This document shows, piece by piece, positions 1-9,548 of a stretch of 64,000 nucleotides of DNA. Origin of the DNA: Clostridia bacterium (GTDB taxonomy: Bacteria; Bacillota; Clostridia; Christensenellales; Borkfalkiaceae); NCBI GenBank assembly GCA_017536205.1, contig JAFXHX010000009.1, forward strand, positions 1,003-65,002. Direction: 5' to 3'. The notes under the pieces were generated by a model. That model ran no database searches. It saw nothing but the letters and a program-made list of their open reading frames with translations, and was not told the origin of the DNA. Position 1 is the stretch's first letter. The number at the start of each line of letters is the position of its first letter. Made by a program: the position numbers and the translations under genes.

Positions 1-796
1 GTAACGCCAAATACTCTTTAAAGCCAAGTGAAAGTGTAACGTTAAGTTCACCACCACTTGCCCCGCCAACCAAATTAGGTAGCGAAAGCGCAACGCCTGC
101 AAACGAAACTAGCCCAGATGCAAGCGCCGTTACAGAAAGCGCAATTATCTTTCCAAGCGCAATATGGCTTCGTTTTACGGGGGTAACTAGTAGCGTTGCA
201 ATAGTACCCCTTTCCTTTTCGCCTGCAATCGATTCGGGCGCAACCGACATTGCCCCCACAAACATAAACATTATAAGAAGTAGTGGAACGACCATTGAAT
301 ACATCATTTTAGACATATCTTCTTCGGTTGACACGTCGCTTGATACAAAGTTAATAACGGGAGTATAGTTGTTTGCTGTTAAAATTGCTTGATATATTTG
401 GAATATGTTAGCCGATTCCATTTCTACCGAATTAAAATAAACGTTATAGGTTGCAAGCCCACCGCTTACGCCCGCAGTGTAACTAACGTATAAATCGGCA
501 TTGCCACTTGACAAAAGTTCTAAGCCTTCTTCATCGCTAGAAACCACTTTTTTAGTGTAATCTACAACGCCCGTTAAAGCGTTAAACGCACTATCTGTAT
601 AAAGTTCGTTTTCAACGTTTATAGATATTGTGTAAACGTAATCTTCGCTAGGGCCCATAACGTTACCCATAACGCTACCCATAGTAGAATATAAAACGTA
701 AATTAAAATGCCCGGGAAAAATAGCGCAACAAGCATACGCTTATCGCCAAAAAAGCGTTTAAGTTCCTTTTTAATAACCGTTAAAATATTATGCAT
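1..796 (-). CDS. ABC-2 type transporter permease (NatB-like), truncated by window edge
   Basis: Absent from the ORF track because it runs off the window. My minus-strand translation from the ATG at 796 gives MHNILTVIKKELKRFFGDKRMLVALFFPGILIYVLY... with several hydrophobic spans. Its ATG overlaps the stop of the upstream ABC ATPase (ATGCATAA). Confidence 0.7.
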   Translation of the reverse strand, partial: MHNILTVIKKELKRFFGDKRMLVALFFPGILIYVLYSTMGSVMGNVMGPSEDYVYTISINVENELYTDSAFNALTGVVDYTKKVVSSDEEGLELLSSGNADLYVSYTAGVSGGLATYNVYFNSVEMESANIFQIYQAILTANNYTPVINFVSSDVSTEEDMSKMMYSMVVPLLLIMFMFVGAMSVAPESIAGEKERGTIATLLVTPVKRSHIALGKIIALSVTALASGLVSFAGVALSLPNLVGGASGGELNVTLSLGFKEYLAL

Positions 797-1565
797 CTTC
801 GCCCACCTCCTGTTTGTAAAGGTCAAAGAACACGTCTTCAAGCGAGCGCCCGCTTTTAACTTTTTCAAGGCTATCAGAAAGCACCATTTTGCCGTTTATA
901 ATAATGCCAACGCTATCGCATATTTTTTCAACTAGCGAGAAAATGTGCGTTGAAATTATTATTGATTTGCCTTGGTTTTTAAGGTCGATTAAAAAGTCGG
1001 TTACCGTTTTTGCAGTAATAACGTCTAAACCGTTGGTTGGCTCGTCGAACACCAAAAAGTCAGGGTCGTGAACTAGCGATATAACTAGCGAAACCTTTTG
1101 TTTCATACCCGAAGATAAATCTGCTACCTTAACTTCTTTAAAGTCTTCAATGCCAAACTTTTTAAAAAGTTCGGCTTTTCTTTTTTCGGCAACTTCTTCA
1201 CTAACGCCGTGAAGGCTTGAAAAATAGTCGAACAAATAGTTGGGCGTAAAATAGTCTTCAAGTTTTAATTCGCTTGTCAAAAACCCTATTTTTTCACGCA
1301 CTTTTTCGGGATTTTCTTTTACCGAAGCGCCACAAACGTAAGCGTCGCCCTCGTCGGCTTTTATAAGGGTTGATATAATGCGAAGCGTTGTTGTTTTACC
1401 TGCTCCGTTAGGGCCTAAAAGCCCGTAAATCTCACCTTTTTTTGCCGTGAACGAAAGCCCGTTTACAGCAATTTTAGTTTTTTGTTTCGTCTTTTCAATT
1501 TGTTGTTGTTTTTTAGAAAGTTTAAACTCTTTTTTTAAACCTTCAACGACTAAAACGTTTTCCAT
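789..1565 (-). CDS. ABC transporter ATP-binding protein (NatA-like)
   Basis: Walker A GPNGAGKTT, signature LSSGMKQKV, Walker B LVFDEP. Translationally coupled to the downstream ABC-2 permease. Confidence 0.9.
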   Translation of the reverse strand: MENVLVVEGLKKEFKLSKKQQQIEKTKQKTKIAVNGLSFTAKKGEIYGLLGPNGAGKTTTLRIISTLIKADEGDAYVCGASVKENPEKVREKIGFLTSELKLEDYFTPNYLFDYFSSLHGVSEEVAEKRKAELFKKFGIEDFKEVKVADLSSGMKQKVSLVISLVHDPDFLVFDEPTNGLDVITAKTVTDFLIDLKNQGKSIIISTHIFSLVEKICDSVGIIINGKMVLSDSLEKVKSGRSLEDVFFDLYKQEVGEDA

Positions 1566-1665
1566 TTTTAAACCTATTTCGTTTTAGCAAACGCCAAAAC
1601 GCCAAATTATAATATTCATATTATAACACTCACTAATTTTTGTTTCAAGTTTTTTGTAAACTCTA

Positions 1666-1694
1666 TTGAAAAATATTTTTAAGTGGTGTAAAAT
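1666..1694 (+). promoter_or_regulatory. sigma-70-like promoter TTGAAA-17-TAAAAT
   Basis: Hexamers read directly at 1666-1671 and 1689-1694. An AAGGAG Shine-Dalgarno precedes the ATG at 1722. Confidence 0.5.
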
Positions 1695-1721
1695 ATTTGT
1701 ATCAAATTAAGGAGACTTACT

Positions 1722-2570
1722 ATGTTTAAACCTAAATTATCTGTTTCTGTTGGCTACTTTGGTTTAGAATGGCTTAAAAACGGTGGTTATAAAATTATTC
1801 GCAGAGAAAGCGAGTTTGAAAAAACCGTTAGTAAAATGCAAAAGTGTGGGTTCGACGCTATTGAGTTTGGCACGGCAGGCCCGTGGAACTTTGAAGAAGA
1901 ACGCGAGAACTTCCCCCACATAAAAACGGCTATAAAAGTTATTAAAGACTATGGCATTAACTTTCACAGCGCACACCTTCCATTTTCGCTTTCGTGGTAT
2001 AACATTTCTTCGCTTGATGAAAAAGAACGCCTTAACTCTGTTGAGCATTTCAAGTGGGTGGTAGAGTGTTTTAACGGCGAACTTCCCAACCTTTTCGTTG
2101 TCCACCCAGACCCTGCGCCCGAAGAAGGTGAAGATAGAAAAGCAAAACTATATCAACTCATAAAATCGCTAGATGCTATGTGCGACTATTCGCCCATTCC
2201 CATTTGCGTTGAAAATATGGTTGGAACGGGTATGTTAAACGTTTCAAGCGAAGCAAAAGAAGTTTTAAACGCCGTTAAAAAACTTTATATGACGGTTGAT
2301 ATTAACCACGCTTTATACGAAGACCCCGCCGACTATATTAGCGCAGTTGGCTCACGCGTTAAAAACGTGCACGTTTCCGATAACGACGGTACTTTCGAGC
2401 GCCACTGGTTACCCAAAGAAGGCATTATTAACTTTAACAAAGTTCTTTCTGCGCTTGATAAAGCAAACTATCAAGGAACGCTTACCTATGAAGTTGGCGT
2501 TGGAACTAAATATAGCGTTGAACAAGTTAAAAACAATTACGAAGAACTTATTAGCGACTATAATAAATAA
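1722..2570 (+). CDS. sugar phosphate isomerase/epimerase (xylose isomerase-like TIM barrel)
   Basis: 282 aa. Family-typical pattern (HSAHLPF, VVHPD, ICVEN, DINH, HVSDND). SD AAGGAG upstream. Confidence 0.7.
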   Translation: MFKPKLSVSVGYFGLEWLKNGGYKIIRRESEFEKTVSKMQKCGFDAIEFGTAGPWNFEEERENFPHIKTAIKVIKDYGINFHSAHLPFSLSWYNISSLDEKERLNSVEHFKWVVECFNGELPNLFVVHPDPAPEEGEDRKAKLYQLIKSLDAMCDYSPIPICVENMVGTGMLNVSSEAKEVLNAVKKLYMTVDINHALYEDPADYISAVGSRVKNVHVSDNDGTFERHWLPKEGIINFNKVLSALDKANYQGTLTYEVGVGTKYSVEQVKNNYEELISDYNK

Positions 2571-2571
2571 T

Positions 2572-2599
2572 AAAAGCAAGGCAAATCGCCTTGCTTTTT
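2572..2599. terminator. bidirectional intrinsic terminator
   Basis: GCAAGGC-aaatc-GCCTTGC hairpin flanked by an A-run and a T-run, between convergent genes. Confidence 0.75.
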
Positions 2600-2602
2600 A
2601 AT

Positions 2603-3778
2603 TTAACTATTAAAGCATATTGCAAGGTATGCAATAACGCCCCTTATCAAAACCGATTCGTCAACGCTAAAAAACGTTGAGTGGTTGGGCTCGGTTATTC
2701 CCTTTTCTATATTGTTGGTGTTTAAGAAAAAGTATAGCGATTTTACCTTTACTGCGTAAAGCGAAAAATCGTCTGACCCCATAAGTGGCAAAGAAGTTTT
2801 GGTTACAACGCCACTATCTAAAACGCCCTTTATTGCGTTTACGGCGCTTTCTGCAAGGCTTTCGTCGTTAACTATGGTGTGCGAGCCTTTTATAAGTTCA
2901 AAATCGCAACTTCCCCTATACGCCCTAGAAATATTTTCGGCAACTTGTTTAACACGTTCACCTAAAAACTCTCTAACAGTTGGGTCTTGGCAACGTATGC
3001 TACCTTTAATTACCGCTTTTTTAGGAATAGTGTTGTGGTTTTCGCCTGCGTTTAAACTGCCAAGCGATATAACGGCGGGAGTGCCTGCCGGTATTTCACG
3101 GGCAGTAAGTTCTTCAAGCCCGTTTACTATGCGAGCAGAAATTAAAATAGGGTCAACTCCCCTTTCGGGAAACGCCGAGTGAGTTGCCACGCCGTTTACG
3201 GTAATTGTGAACTTGTTTTTGCCTGCGCTAACGGGGCCTGAAATTATAGATATATCGCCGGGGTTTAAGTTGTTGCCTGCAAGGTTACCAACGTGTAAAG
3301 CGTATATTTCGCTAACGCCGTCTAATGCACCGCTACTTATCATTTCTTTTGCGCCCGTGCTAGTTTCTTCACCCGTTTGAAAAAGTAAGCGCACCGTTCC
3401 TTTTAGATTTTTACGGTTTTCGTTTAAAACTTTGGCTACTATTAAAAGGGTTGCCGTATGAACGTCGTGCCCGCACGCGTGCATTTTTCCTTGCATTATC
3501 GACTTAAACGGAACGTTTGTTTCTTCGGTTGTTTCAAGCCCGTCCATATCGGCGCGAAGCGCTATGGTTTTGCCACTTTTTTCGCCAACAATATCGGCAA
3601 TAATGCCGTGGTCGTTTTGGTTTTTACGGTATTTTATACCGTAACTATCAAGTTTAGAGCAAACGTAATTAAAAGTTAACGGTAAATTACCGCCGAGTTC
3701 TGGTATTTTATGCAGGTCGCGCCTAATTGCAATAAGTTCATCTTCTAATTTTAAAGCGTTGTTTATAACGTCTTTCAT
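2603..3778 (-). CDS. M20 family metallopeptidase / N-acyl-amino acid amidohydrolase
   Basis: 391 aa. HACGHD motif and overall M20D-like architecture. SD AGGTGA. Confidence 0.85.
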   Translation of the reverse strand: MKDVINNALKLEDELIAIRRDLHKIPELGGNLPLTFNYVCSKLDSYGIKYRKNQNDHGIIADIVGEKSGKTIALRADMDGLETTEETNVPFKSIMQGKMHACGHDVHTATLLIVAKVLNENRKNLKGTVRLLFQTGEETSTGAKEMISSGALDGVSEIYALHVGNLAGNNLNPGDISIISGPVSAGKNKFTITVNGVATHSAFPERGVDPILISARIVNGLEELTAREIPAGTPAVISLGSLNAGENHNTIPKKAVIKGSIRCQDPTVREFLGERVKQVAENISRAYRGSCDFELIKGSHTIVNDESLAESAVNAIKGVLDSGVVTKTSLPLMGSDDFSLYAVKVKSLYFFLNTNNIEKGITEPNHSTFFSVDESVLIRGVIAYLAICFNS

Positions 3779-3849
3779 AATTCACCTAAAAATATAATTT
3801 ATTGTATTATACTTCATTTATTTTGTAAAAGCAATAGTAGTTTTAATAG

Positions 3850-4377
3850 TTAAACGCTAGTTTTCTTGTATCTTACTAGCGCAACTATTATTGATATTAT
3901 AGTTAAAACGCTTCCAACTGCGCTAGCGTATGCCCCGCAAAGCATATTATAAACAAACCAACACGGCGCACCTAGTAACGAAACTATTCTTATATGATTT
4001 TCTTTAGTAAACCAAAGCGCAATAGTTTCAAATAAAACGCCTAAAATTGATAATATACCCAAAGGGTTTCCGTTATCTAGTAAAAACATAGATAGTAACC
4101 CAACCGTTACTATTATTAAGTTAACTAAAATTATAATAGGCAGTTTAAACCTTTTAACAAAAGGATGGTTTTTCTTGCTTGCAACGAAAGAAGATGGCAT
4201 TGCCGAAATATCCATAACAGCGCCCGTAAAACTGCCTAAAAAACAGTATTGCAAAACGTAAAAAACCCTTGAAAGTATATTGCAAACTATTATACTTTTT
4301 CTATTTTTAAGTTGAAAGCAAGCAACGTATAAAGTAACCGCTAAAACGCCTGCTATAAGCGATAGTATTTTCCACAT
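3850..4377 (-). CDS. YgjV-like inner membrane protein
   Basis: 175 aa with about 5 TM segments and family-like C-terminal half. Promoter TTGACT-18-TATAAT upstream at about 4395-4430 (minus). Confidence 0.45.
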   Translation of the reverse strand: MWKILSLIAGVLAVTLYVACFQLKNRKSIIVCNILSRVFYVLQYCFLGSFTGAVMDISAMPSSFVASKKNHPFVKRFKLPIIILVNLIIVTVGLLSMFLLDNGNPLGILSILGVLFETIALWFTKENHIRIVSLLGAPCWFVYNMLCGAYASAVGSVLTIISIIVALVRYKKTSV

Positions 4378-4460
4378 AACAACCTTTTAAAGTAACCAAA
4401 TTATTATAACACGCTTTTATTATAAAAGTCAATTTGCATAGTACGTTTTAAACTTTCCAC

Positions 4461-4483
4461 ATTCCCACCCGTTCAAATCCCTC
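4461..4483 (+). repeat. 23-bp direct repeat copy 1 (ATTCCCACCCGTTCAAATCCCTC), tRNA 3'-half-like
   Basis: Identical 23-mer recurs at 4656-4678. Contains GTTCAAATCCCTC, as in the T-loop/3' stem of the adjacent tRNA-Gln, but on the opposite strand. Confidence 0.8.
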
Positions 4484-4655
4484 CATCATCTTATAAATCC
4501 ATTAAAAACGAGCCTTGTAATTGCCGTTATATAATATTTTCGGTGTTGGATTTGCTCCGCAAGGCAAAGCCTTGCTATCACGCCTGGGTGGCAAACAGTG
4601 GGTGACCACTGTTTGTCGGCAACTAACGTAAGTAATTATTTCTTCTAAGTTGCCG

Positions 4656-4678
4656 ATTCCCACCCGTTCAAATCCCTC
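4656..4678 (+). repeat. 23-bp direct repeat copy 2
   Basis: Exact copy of 4461-4483. Confidence 0.8.
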
Positions 4679-4696
4679 ACAGTCTAACAAAACCAT

Positions 4697-4729
4697 AAAA
4701 AAAGAACACCGTGTTGGTGTTCTTTTTTT
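4697..4729 (-). terminator. intrinsic terminator after tRNA-Gln
   Basis: GAACACC-loop-GGTGTTC hairpin flanked by A/T runs, immediately 3' of the tRNA on the minus strand. Confidence 0.75.
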
Positions 4730-4730
4730 A

Positions 4731-4805
4731 TGGCTGGGGATGAGGGATTTGAACCCCCGAATGACGGAGTCAGAGTCCGTAGCCTTACCGCTTGGCGAAT
4801 CCCCA
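4731..4805 (-). tRNA. tRNA-Gln (anticodon CTG), CCA encoded
   Basis: Reverse complement is TGGGGATTCGCCAAGCGGTAAGGCTACGGACTCTGACTCCGTCATTCGGGGGTTCAAATCCCTCATCCCCAGCCA. It folds as a cloverleaf with acceptor TGGGGAT/ATCCCCA, anticodon stem ACGGA/TCCGT and loop CTCTGAC. Own promoter TTGAAC-17-TATTAT lies upstream. Confidence 0.92.
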
Positions 4806-4909
4806 ATTTCCAAACAATAATAACAAATATTTGTTAAAAGTTCAACTAAATTAAACGCCTTTTTAAAAAAACGGCAAAAAATTAAAAAGGCTGGCAAGCG
4901 CCAACCATT

Positions 4910-5518
4910 TTAAATTATTCGTTTAAGTTCTTCATCGCACTCGCGTCGTCCTTTTAAACAAAGGTACATTATTGCAACGTCGAAGCGTGCGTCGTGAAAA
5001 GAAACGTTTTGCTCGTTAAACGCCTTTTTACAAAAGCGTGAAGCGTCGTATGGGTAAACTTCCATAAACTCGGCAACTTCGCTAAGTTTTGGGTATTTAT
5101 AGCCACCCGACCTTCTTTCAAGTTTTATAACGGGGGTAAAATACTTCATAGTATCTAAACAAGCGTTAAACTTAAACTGCTCGCATAGGTATGAATATTC
5201 GGCGTTTAAAAAGCCTATATCAAAATTAACGTTGTGCGCAACTATTAAATCGGCGCTAGCAAAATCGTTATAAATCTCGTTAGAATAGCACGAAAAAGTT
5301 TTCCCGCCCGATAAAACTTTAAGTTTTTCGGTAGTAATTCCGTGCACTAGCGATGCTTCTTTAGGAACGTAATCAACGGCAAAATAAAAGTTTTTGCCAA
5401 CCACCCTATCGCCGTAATCTAAAACGTAGGCAAGTTGAATAATTCTTCCCGGAGTAAGCCCCGTTGTTTCGGTATCGAAGTAAATAGTCATAAAATCCTT
5501 AGCCCGTGTATCGAGCAA
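4910..5518 (-). CDS. DEDDh 3'-5' exonuclease (DnaQ/epsilon-like domain)
   Basis: ExoI FDTETTG, ExoII AHNVNFD, ExoIII HDARFD. 202 aa. Confidence 0.8.
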   Translation of the reverse strand: MLDTRAKDFMTIYFDTETTGLTPGRIIQLAYVLDYGDRVVGKNFYFAVDYVPKEASLVHGITTEKLKVLSGGKTFSCYSNEIYNDFASADLIVAHNVNFDIGFLNAEYSYLCEQFKFNACLDTMKYFTPVIKLERRSGGYKYPKLSEVAEFMEVYPYDASRFCKKAFNEQNVSFHDARFDVAIMYLCLKGRRECDEELKRII

Positions 5519-6158
5519 TTTTTTTAAATAGTAAGTTTATTTGCCCCGAAAGTATTTTTCTTTCATAGGCGTTTGGTTGGCGATTTATAAAGTTTAAAAG
5601 GTAAACTTCAAAATCTTCAACTTCTTTAAGTTCTTCTTCATTAAGGTTTTTAGTTTTAAGTTCTTTTAAAAGCCCTTTTAAATGGCTAACGTTAAGCCAA
5701 CCTGAAAGTTCGCCGTTGCCGTTTAAAACACCGTCGGTTGTAAAATAGGTTTCTACTTTACTAGGCGATAACGTTTCGGCTACTTCTAGTGGTTTTCTAG
5801 GCTTTTTCACGGCTTTTTTTCGCTTTATATCGTAAATTAAATAAAGCGCAGTGCTATAAATTACACAAAGTAGTACACAAATTGAAAGGTAGGTGTAAAC
5901 GTGCCACGCACTAACAAATAGTAGCGATTTATTCAAGTAATCGCTTACCGAAAAGTAACTTTGAACTATTAGCAAAACACACGAAAACAAAAAGTTATAA
6001 ACGTGTGATTTTTTTGGCCTTTTAGTTAGCGAAATTATAAGTTCTATTATAAATATAAGCGTTTGCGAAATGGTTAGCGAAATTATAACGTAAGCAGAAA
6101 AATCGCCCTTTAACGCATTTACTAAATAATTTATTACCGTATTAAAAGTTTCAAGCAT
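5499..6158 (-). CDS. membrane protein of unknown function (about 4 TM N-terminal, soluble C-terminal domain)
   Basis: 219 aa. SD AAAGGAG. Overlaps the downstream exonuclease gene by 20 nt. Confidence 0.5.
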   Translation of the reverse strand: MLETFNTVINYLVNALKGDFSAYVIISLTISQTLIFIIELIISLTKRPKKSHVYNFLFSCVLLIVQSYFSVSDYLNKSLLFVSAWHVYTYLSICVLLCVIYSTALYLIYDIKRKKAVKKPRKPLEVAETLSPSKVETYFTTDGVLNGNGELSGWLNVSHLKGLLKELKTKNLNEEELKEVEDFEVYLLNFINRQPNAYERKILSGQINLLFKKIARYTG

Positions 6159-6199
6159 AATAACTCCTTTTACGGAATTATTTACCTATAACTAATATT

Positions 6200-9100
6200 T
6201 TATACGAAAATCTCGCTCTCTTTTAAAACGTTAAGTATGCAAACGGTGGTTACTTTAAGTTTTAAAACCTTTTCAATAGCCATTTTATAAAGTTCCATTT
6301 GCGTTAAGTACTTTTTCTTAAGGTCGCTATCGCTTTCAATGGTAGAAAGTTTATAGTCTATTAAAATTGCCTCGTTATCTTTAACTGCCAAAAGGTCGAT
6401 AATGCCTTGAATTAAAACTTCTTCAGTTGAAGTTGAAAGCCCAAGTTCATTTGCTGGAACAAGCATAAAAAACTTGCGTTCTTTATACAGTTTATAGCCC
6501 TTAATTTTATCAAAAATGCTTAGAGAAAGTATGCTTTTTACCTTGTTTTCATCAACGGCGTTAAACTGCTCTAATGTAAGTTTACCACTATCTAAAAGCG
6601 CCTGCTTATCGCCTAAATTAAACGAGTAAAAATCAATAAGTTCTAAAAACCTATGATATGCAGTACCCTTTTCGGCGCTAGCATCGCCGTAAATTGCAGT
6701 GGTTTTATAATGCTCGTCATCTTCGCTAGCCCTTACCGCCGAAACCGAGCGTTTAACGGGCAAGTTAACTGCGTTTTCGTGTGGATAAACGTAAGTAAGC
6801 CCACCTTTTATTATTGAAACGAGTTCGCTATCAACGTCGCTACCTGCAACCGAAGTTTCTTTATCATTAACTTCACTTGATAAAAGTTCTAAATCGGTGT
6901 GGTAATACGTATTTATAGCGCCGTTAGGAATAAAGCCTAAATAGTTTTTAACGTCGTATTTATAGTCTAAAACGTTACCGTTATAATCGTTTGAAGTACC
7001 TGTAACTATAAGTTTATATTTAGCACGGGTAAGCGCAACGTAAAATAGCCTTAACTCTTCAACGGCAGTGCTACGCCTAACGCTTTCTTTAATAACCATT
7101 CTTGCAGAGTTTTCTTTCACCGTCATATTTTCAACGTTGAAACTTTGCACGGCTATGCCATAGTCACGGCTATAAATAACGCTACCTGAAAGGTCTTTAC
7201 TACTAAACTGAGCGTTTGCGCCTGCAACTATAACCACGGGAAACTCAAGCCCCTTTGAAGCGTGCATAGTCATAACCTTAACGGTGTCGTCGTCGGTTGC
7301 TTCGCTTATAGCAAGGTTGCTCATAGTGTCTTTAATATGCGCTTCGAACTCGTGCGCTCTAAACTTTTTATCGCCTAAAACACTTTCGGCTAAAAACCTT
7401 TCTATGCGCTTAATTTTAACGCTTCCAAAAGGCGAAGCCATAATTTCGGCGTAGTAACCCGTTTCTTTAATTATTTGCGAAATTACTTCGCCAACACCTG
7501 AAAACTCGGCTATAAGGCGTTTTTTATCAAGCCACTCTAAAAACAAAGCAACTTTTTTGCCAACATTGTCGCTGTAATTTTTAGCCGATAAAACGCACTC
7601 GTAAAAACTCTTTCTTCCACTACTTACACGGTAACGTATCTCTGCAAGTTCGTTTGGAGTAAACTTGAAAAGCGTTTTCATAACCGTTGCAAGCGGAACG
7701 TCACGGTCGGCGCAAACTAGTAGCGATAAAAGGTTAAGAAGTAGTTTTATTTCAGGGTAATCTTGTATTTTAACTTCTACCGTAGACGACACGGGCACCG
7801 AAGCCTTGGTGAGTTCTTCAACTATTTGGCTTGCAAGTTTATTAGTCATTCCACGAAGAAGTATGCAAACGTCGCCAAACCCAACCTTTTTAACCTTTTT
7901 TTCGTCGGGATCGTAATAGTCTTTACCAAGGTTTTCTCTAACTAAGTTAAGCACTAATTGCGCTTCGGGAACTCTATTGTCGCTAGGCGTGCGAAGGTTT
8001 GAATCTATTACCGAATAAACGCCCCTATCTTCAAGCAACTTTTCCTTAACTTTTTTAGTAGTTTGAACTATATGGAGTTCGCTTTCGCCCTCGTAACCTT
8101 GGTAACGTTCGCCGTAAATCATAGGGCTGGTTTTATAGTCCGTTCCACCAAAATCTAAACTCATAACTTCGCTAAAAATGGCGTTTACCGTTTGAATAAT
8201 TTTTTTAGCAGACCTAAAATTGTTATCTAGCGAAATGGGCGTGCCTGCCCCGTTTAAATAATTATAATATTTGTTTACGAAGTGTTTCGGGTTGCACCCA
8301 CGAAAAGCGTAAATGCTCTGCTTGCTATCGCCAACCATAAACAAATTATCGTTTTGAAGGGCGAGCATAATTTTTTCTTGAACGTTGTTAACGTCTTGAT
8401 ACTCGTCTATAAAAACGTATTTATATGTATTTTTAACTTCTTCTTTAACTTCGGGGTTTTGTAAAAGTTCAAGGGTAAACTGCTCTAAATCGTTAAAGTC
8501 AAGTGCATTTTCTTCACGCTTTAAGTTAGCGTAGGTTTTAGAGAACTTTTCGGTAAGATTTAGTAGTTTTACGCAAAGGTCTTTGCTACCGCTTAAATCT
8601 TCGTTCGAGTTAGCGTTAGTAACTTGTTCTACTGCGTTTATTAAACTTGTTTTTATAGTTTTTAACGAAGTTTTTAAAACGTTACTCGCTTTTTCGTTTA
8701 TAATTTTCCCACCCGGCGCTTTTAAGGGCTCTACAATAAGGGCGTAAGCCCCAAAATCATTAACGCTTTTTGTAGAAATTACGCCTTTAACTAGCGTTAT
8801 AAGTTGAGCGCAAAACTCCTTGCGCTTAACGTCTTCACTAAGGAGTGGCAAAGCGTTTTCAAGCGCCGTTTTTACCCATTTTAAAGTGCCTATAACGCTT
8901 TCGTAAATCATTATATTTAGCGACTTATTAGGGTTTTCGTAGTTTTTAAGCGTTTTTTCTAAAACGACGTTTACCCCGCCTTCTTCAATGCAAAAAACGT
9001 AAAGTTTTGCTACTAATAGGCGAAGTTCAAAATCTTTTCGCTTTTTTCCAAAAACGGTAACAAGGTCGAAAAAGTCTTGGTCTTTTTGCTCGTAGAGTTC

Positions 9101-9547
9101 TTCAAACGTTTGCTCCATTGCCGTTTGCTTTAAAACGTCGGCACGGAGTTCGTCTATAACTTCAAACTTGCCGTCAAGTTCAGTAAGGTAAAAAAAGCGC
9201 CTTAAAAGTTTTGAGCAAAACGAGTGTATGGTGGAAACGTCTGCCCCTTGAACTAGCGATAACTGCTCCTTTAACCTTTGGTCGCCCGTTAAGGCGTACT
9301 TTTTAGTTAACCTAGTTTTAAGTTTATCTTTCATTTCTTCGGCGGCGGCTTTTGTAAAAGTTACTGCCAAAACGTTTTCAAGCGAAACGCCGTGGTTTTC
9401 AATAAGGTTTAAAATCCTTTCGATAACCACTCGAGTTTTACCCGAACCTGCAGACGCCGAAACGAGCGCGTTGCCGTGAACGTGATTTATAGCCTTTTCC
9501 TGCATAGGAGTAAAGGTTAATTTTTCGTTGTTTGTATTAGTTGGCAT
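6200..9547 (-). CDS. addA: ATP-dependent helicase/nuclease AddA
   Basis: UvrD-type Walker A ASAGSGKT and a C-terminal PD-(D/E)xK-like IDLL...LIDYK. I prefer the ATG at 9547 (MPTNTNNEK) because GGGGAG lies 5 nt upstream and the addB stop is 1 nt away. Confidence 0.9.
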   Translation of the reverse strand: MPTNTNNEKLTFTPMQEKAINHVHGNALVSASAGSGKTRVVIERILNLIENHGVSLENVLAVTFTKAAAEEMKDKLKTRLTKKYALTGDQRLKEQLSLVQGADVSTIHSFCSKLLRRFFYLTELDGKFEVIDELRADVLKQTAMEQTFEELYEQKDQDFFDLVTVFGKKRKDFELRLLVAKLYVFCIEEGGVNVVLEKTLKNYENPNKSLNIMIYESVIGTLKWVKTALENALPLLSEDVKRKEFCAQLITLVKGVISTKSVNDFGAYALIVEPLKAPGGKIINEKASNVLKTSLKTIKTSLINAVEQVTNANSNEDLSGSKDLCVKLLNLTEKFSKTYANLKREENALDFNDLEQFTLELLQNPEVKEEVKNTYKYVFIDEYQDVNNVQEKIMLALQNDNLFMVGDSKQSIYAFRGCNPKHFVNKYYNYLNGAGTPISLDNNFRSAKKIIQTVNAIFSEVMSLDFGGTDYKTSPMIYGERYQGYEGESELHIVQTTKKVKEKLLEDRGVYSVIDSNLRTPSDNRVPEAQLVLNLVRENLGKDYYDPDEKKVKKVGFGDVCILLRGMTNKLASQIVEELTKASVPVSSTVEVKIQDYPEIKLLLNLLSLLVCADRDVPLATVMKTLFKFTPNELAEIRYRVSSGRKSFYECVLSAKNYSDNVGKKVALFLEWLDKKRLIAEFSGVGEVISQIIKETGYYAEIMASPFGSVKIKRIERFLAESVLGDKKFRAHEFEAHIKDTMSNLAISEATDDDTVKVMTMHASKGLEFPVVIVAGANAQFSSKDLSGSVIYSRDYGIAVQSFNVENMTVKENSARMVIKESVRRSTAVEELRLFYVALTRAKYKLIVTGTSNDYNGNVLDYKYDVKNYLGFIPNGAINTYYHTDLELLSSEVNDKETSVAGSDVDSELVSIIKGGLTYVYPHENAVNLPVKRSVSAVRASEDDEHYKTTAIYGDASAEKGTAYHRFLELIDFYSFNLGDKQALLDSGKLTLEQFNAVDENKVKSILSLSIFDKIKGYKLYKERKFFMLVPANELGLSTSTEEVLIQGIIDLLAVKDNEAILIDYKLSTIESDSDLKKKYLTQMELYKMAIEKVLKLKVTTVCILNVLKESEIFV

Positions 9548-9548
9548 A

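Noticed and set aside
4461-4483. The GTTCAAATCC-containing repeats as additional tRNA genes
   Set aside because: The bases flanking the T-loop cannot pair (ACCCG versus CCCTC), and no acceptor, D or anticodon arms can be drawn on either strand.
4502-4897. 131-aa minus-strand ORF in the track
   Set aside because: It runs through the tRNA-Gln gene, its terminator and the hairpin-rich spacer. It has no SD and its composition is implausible for a protein.
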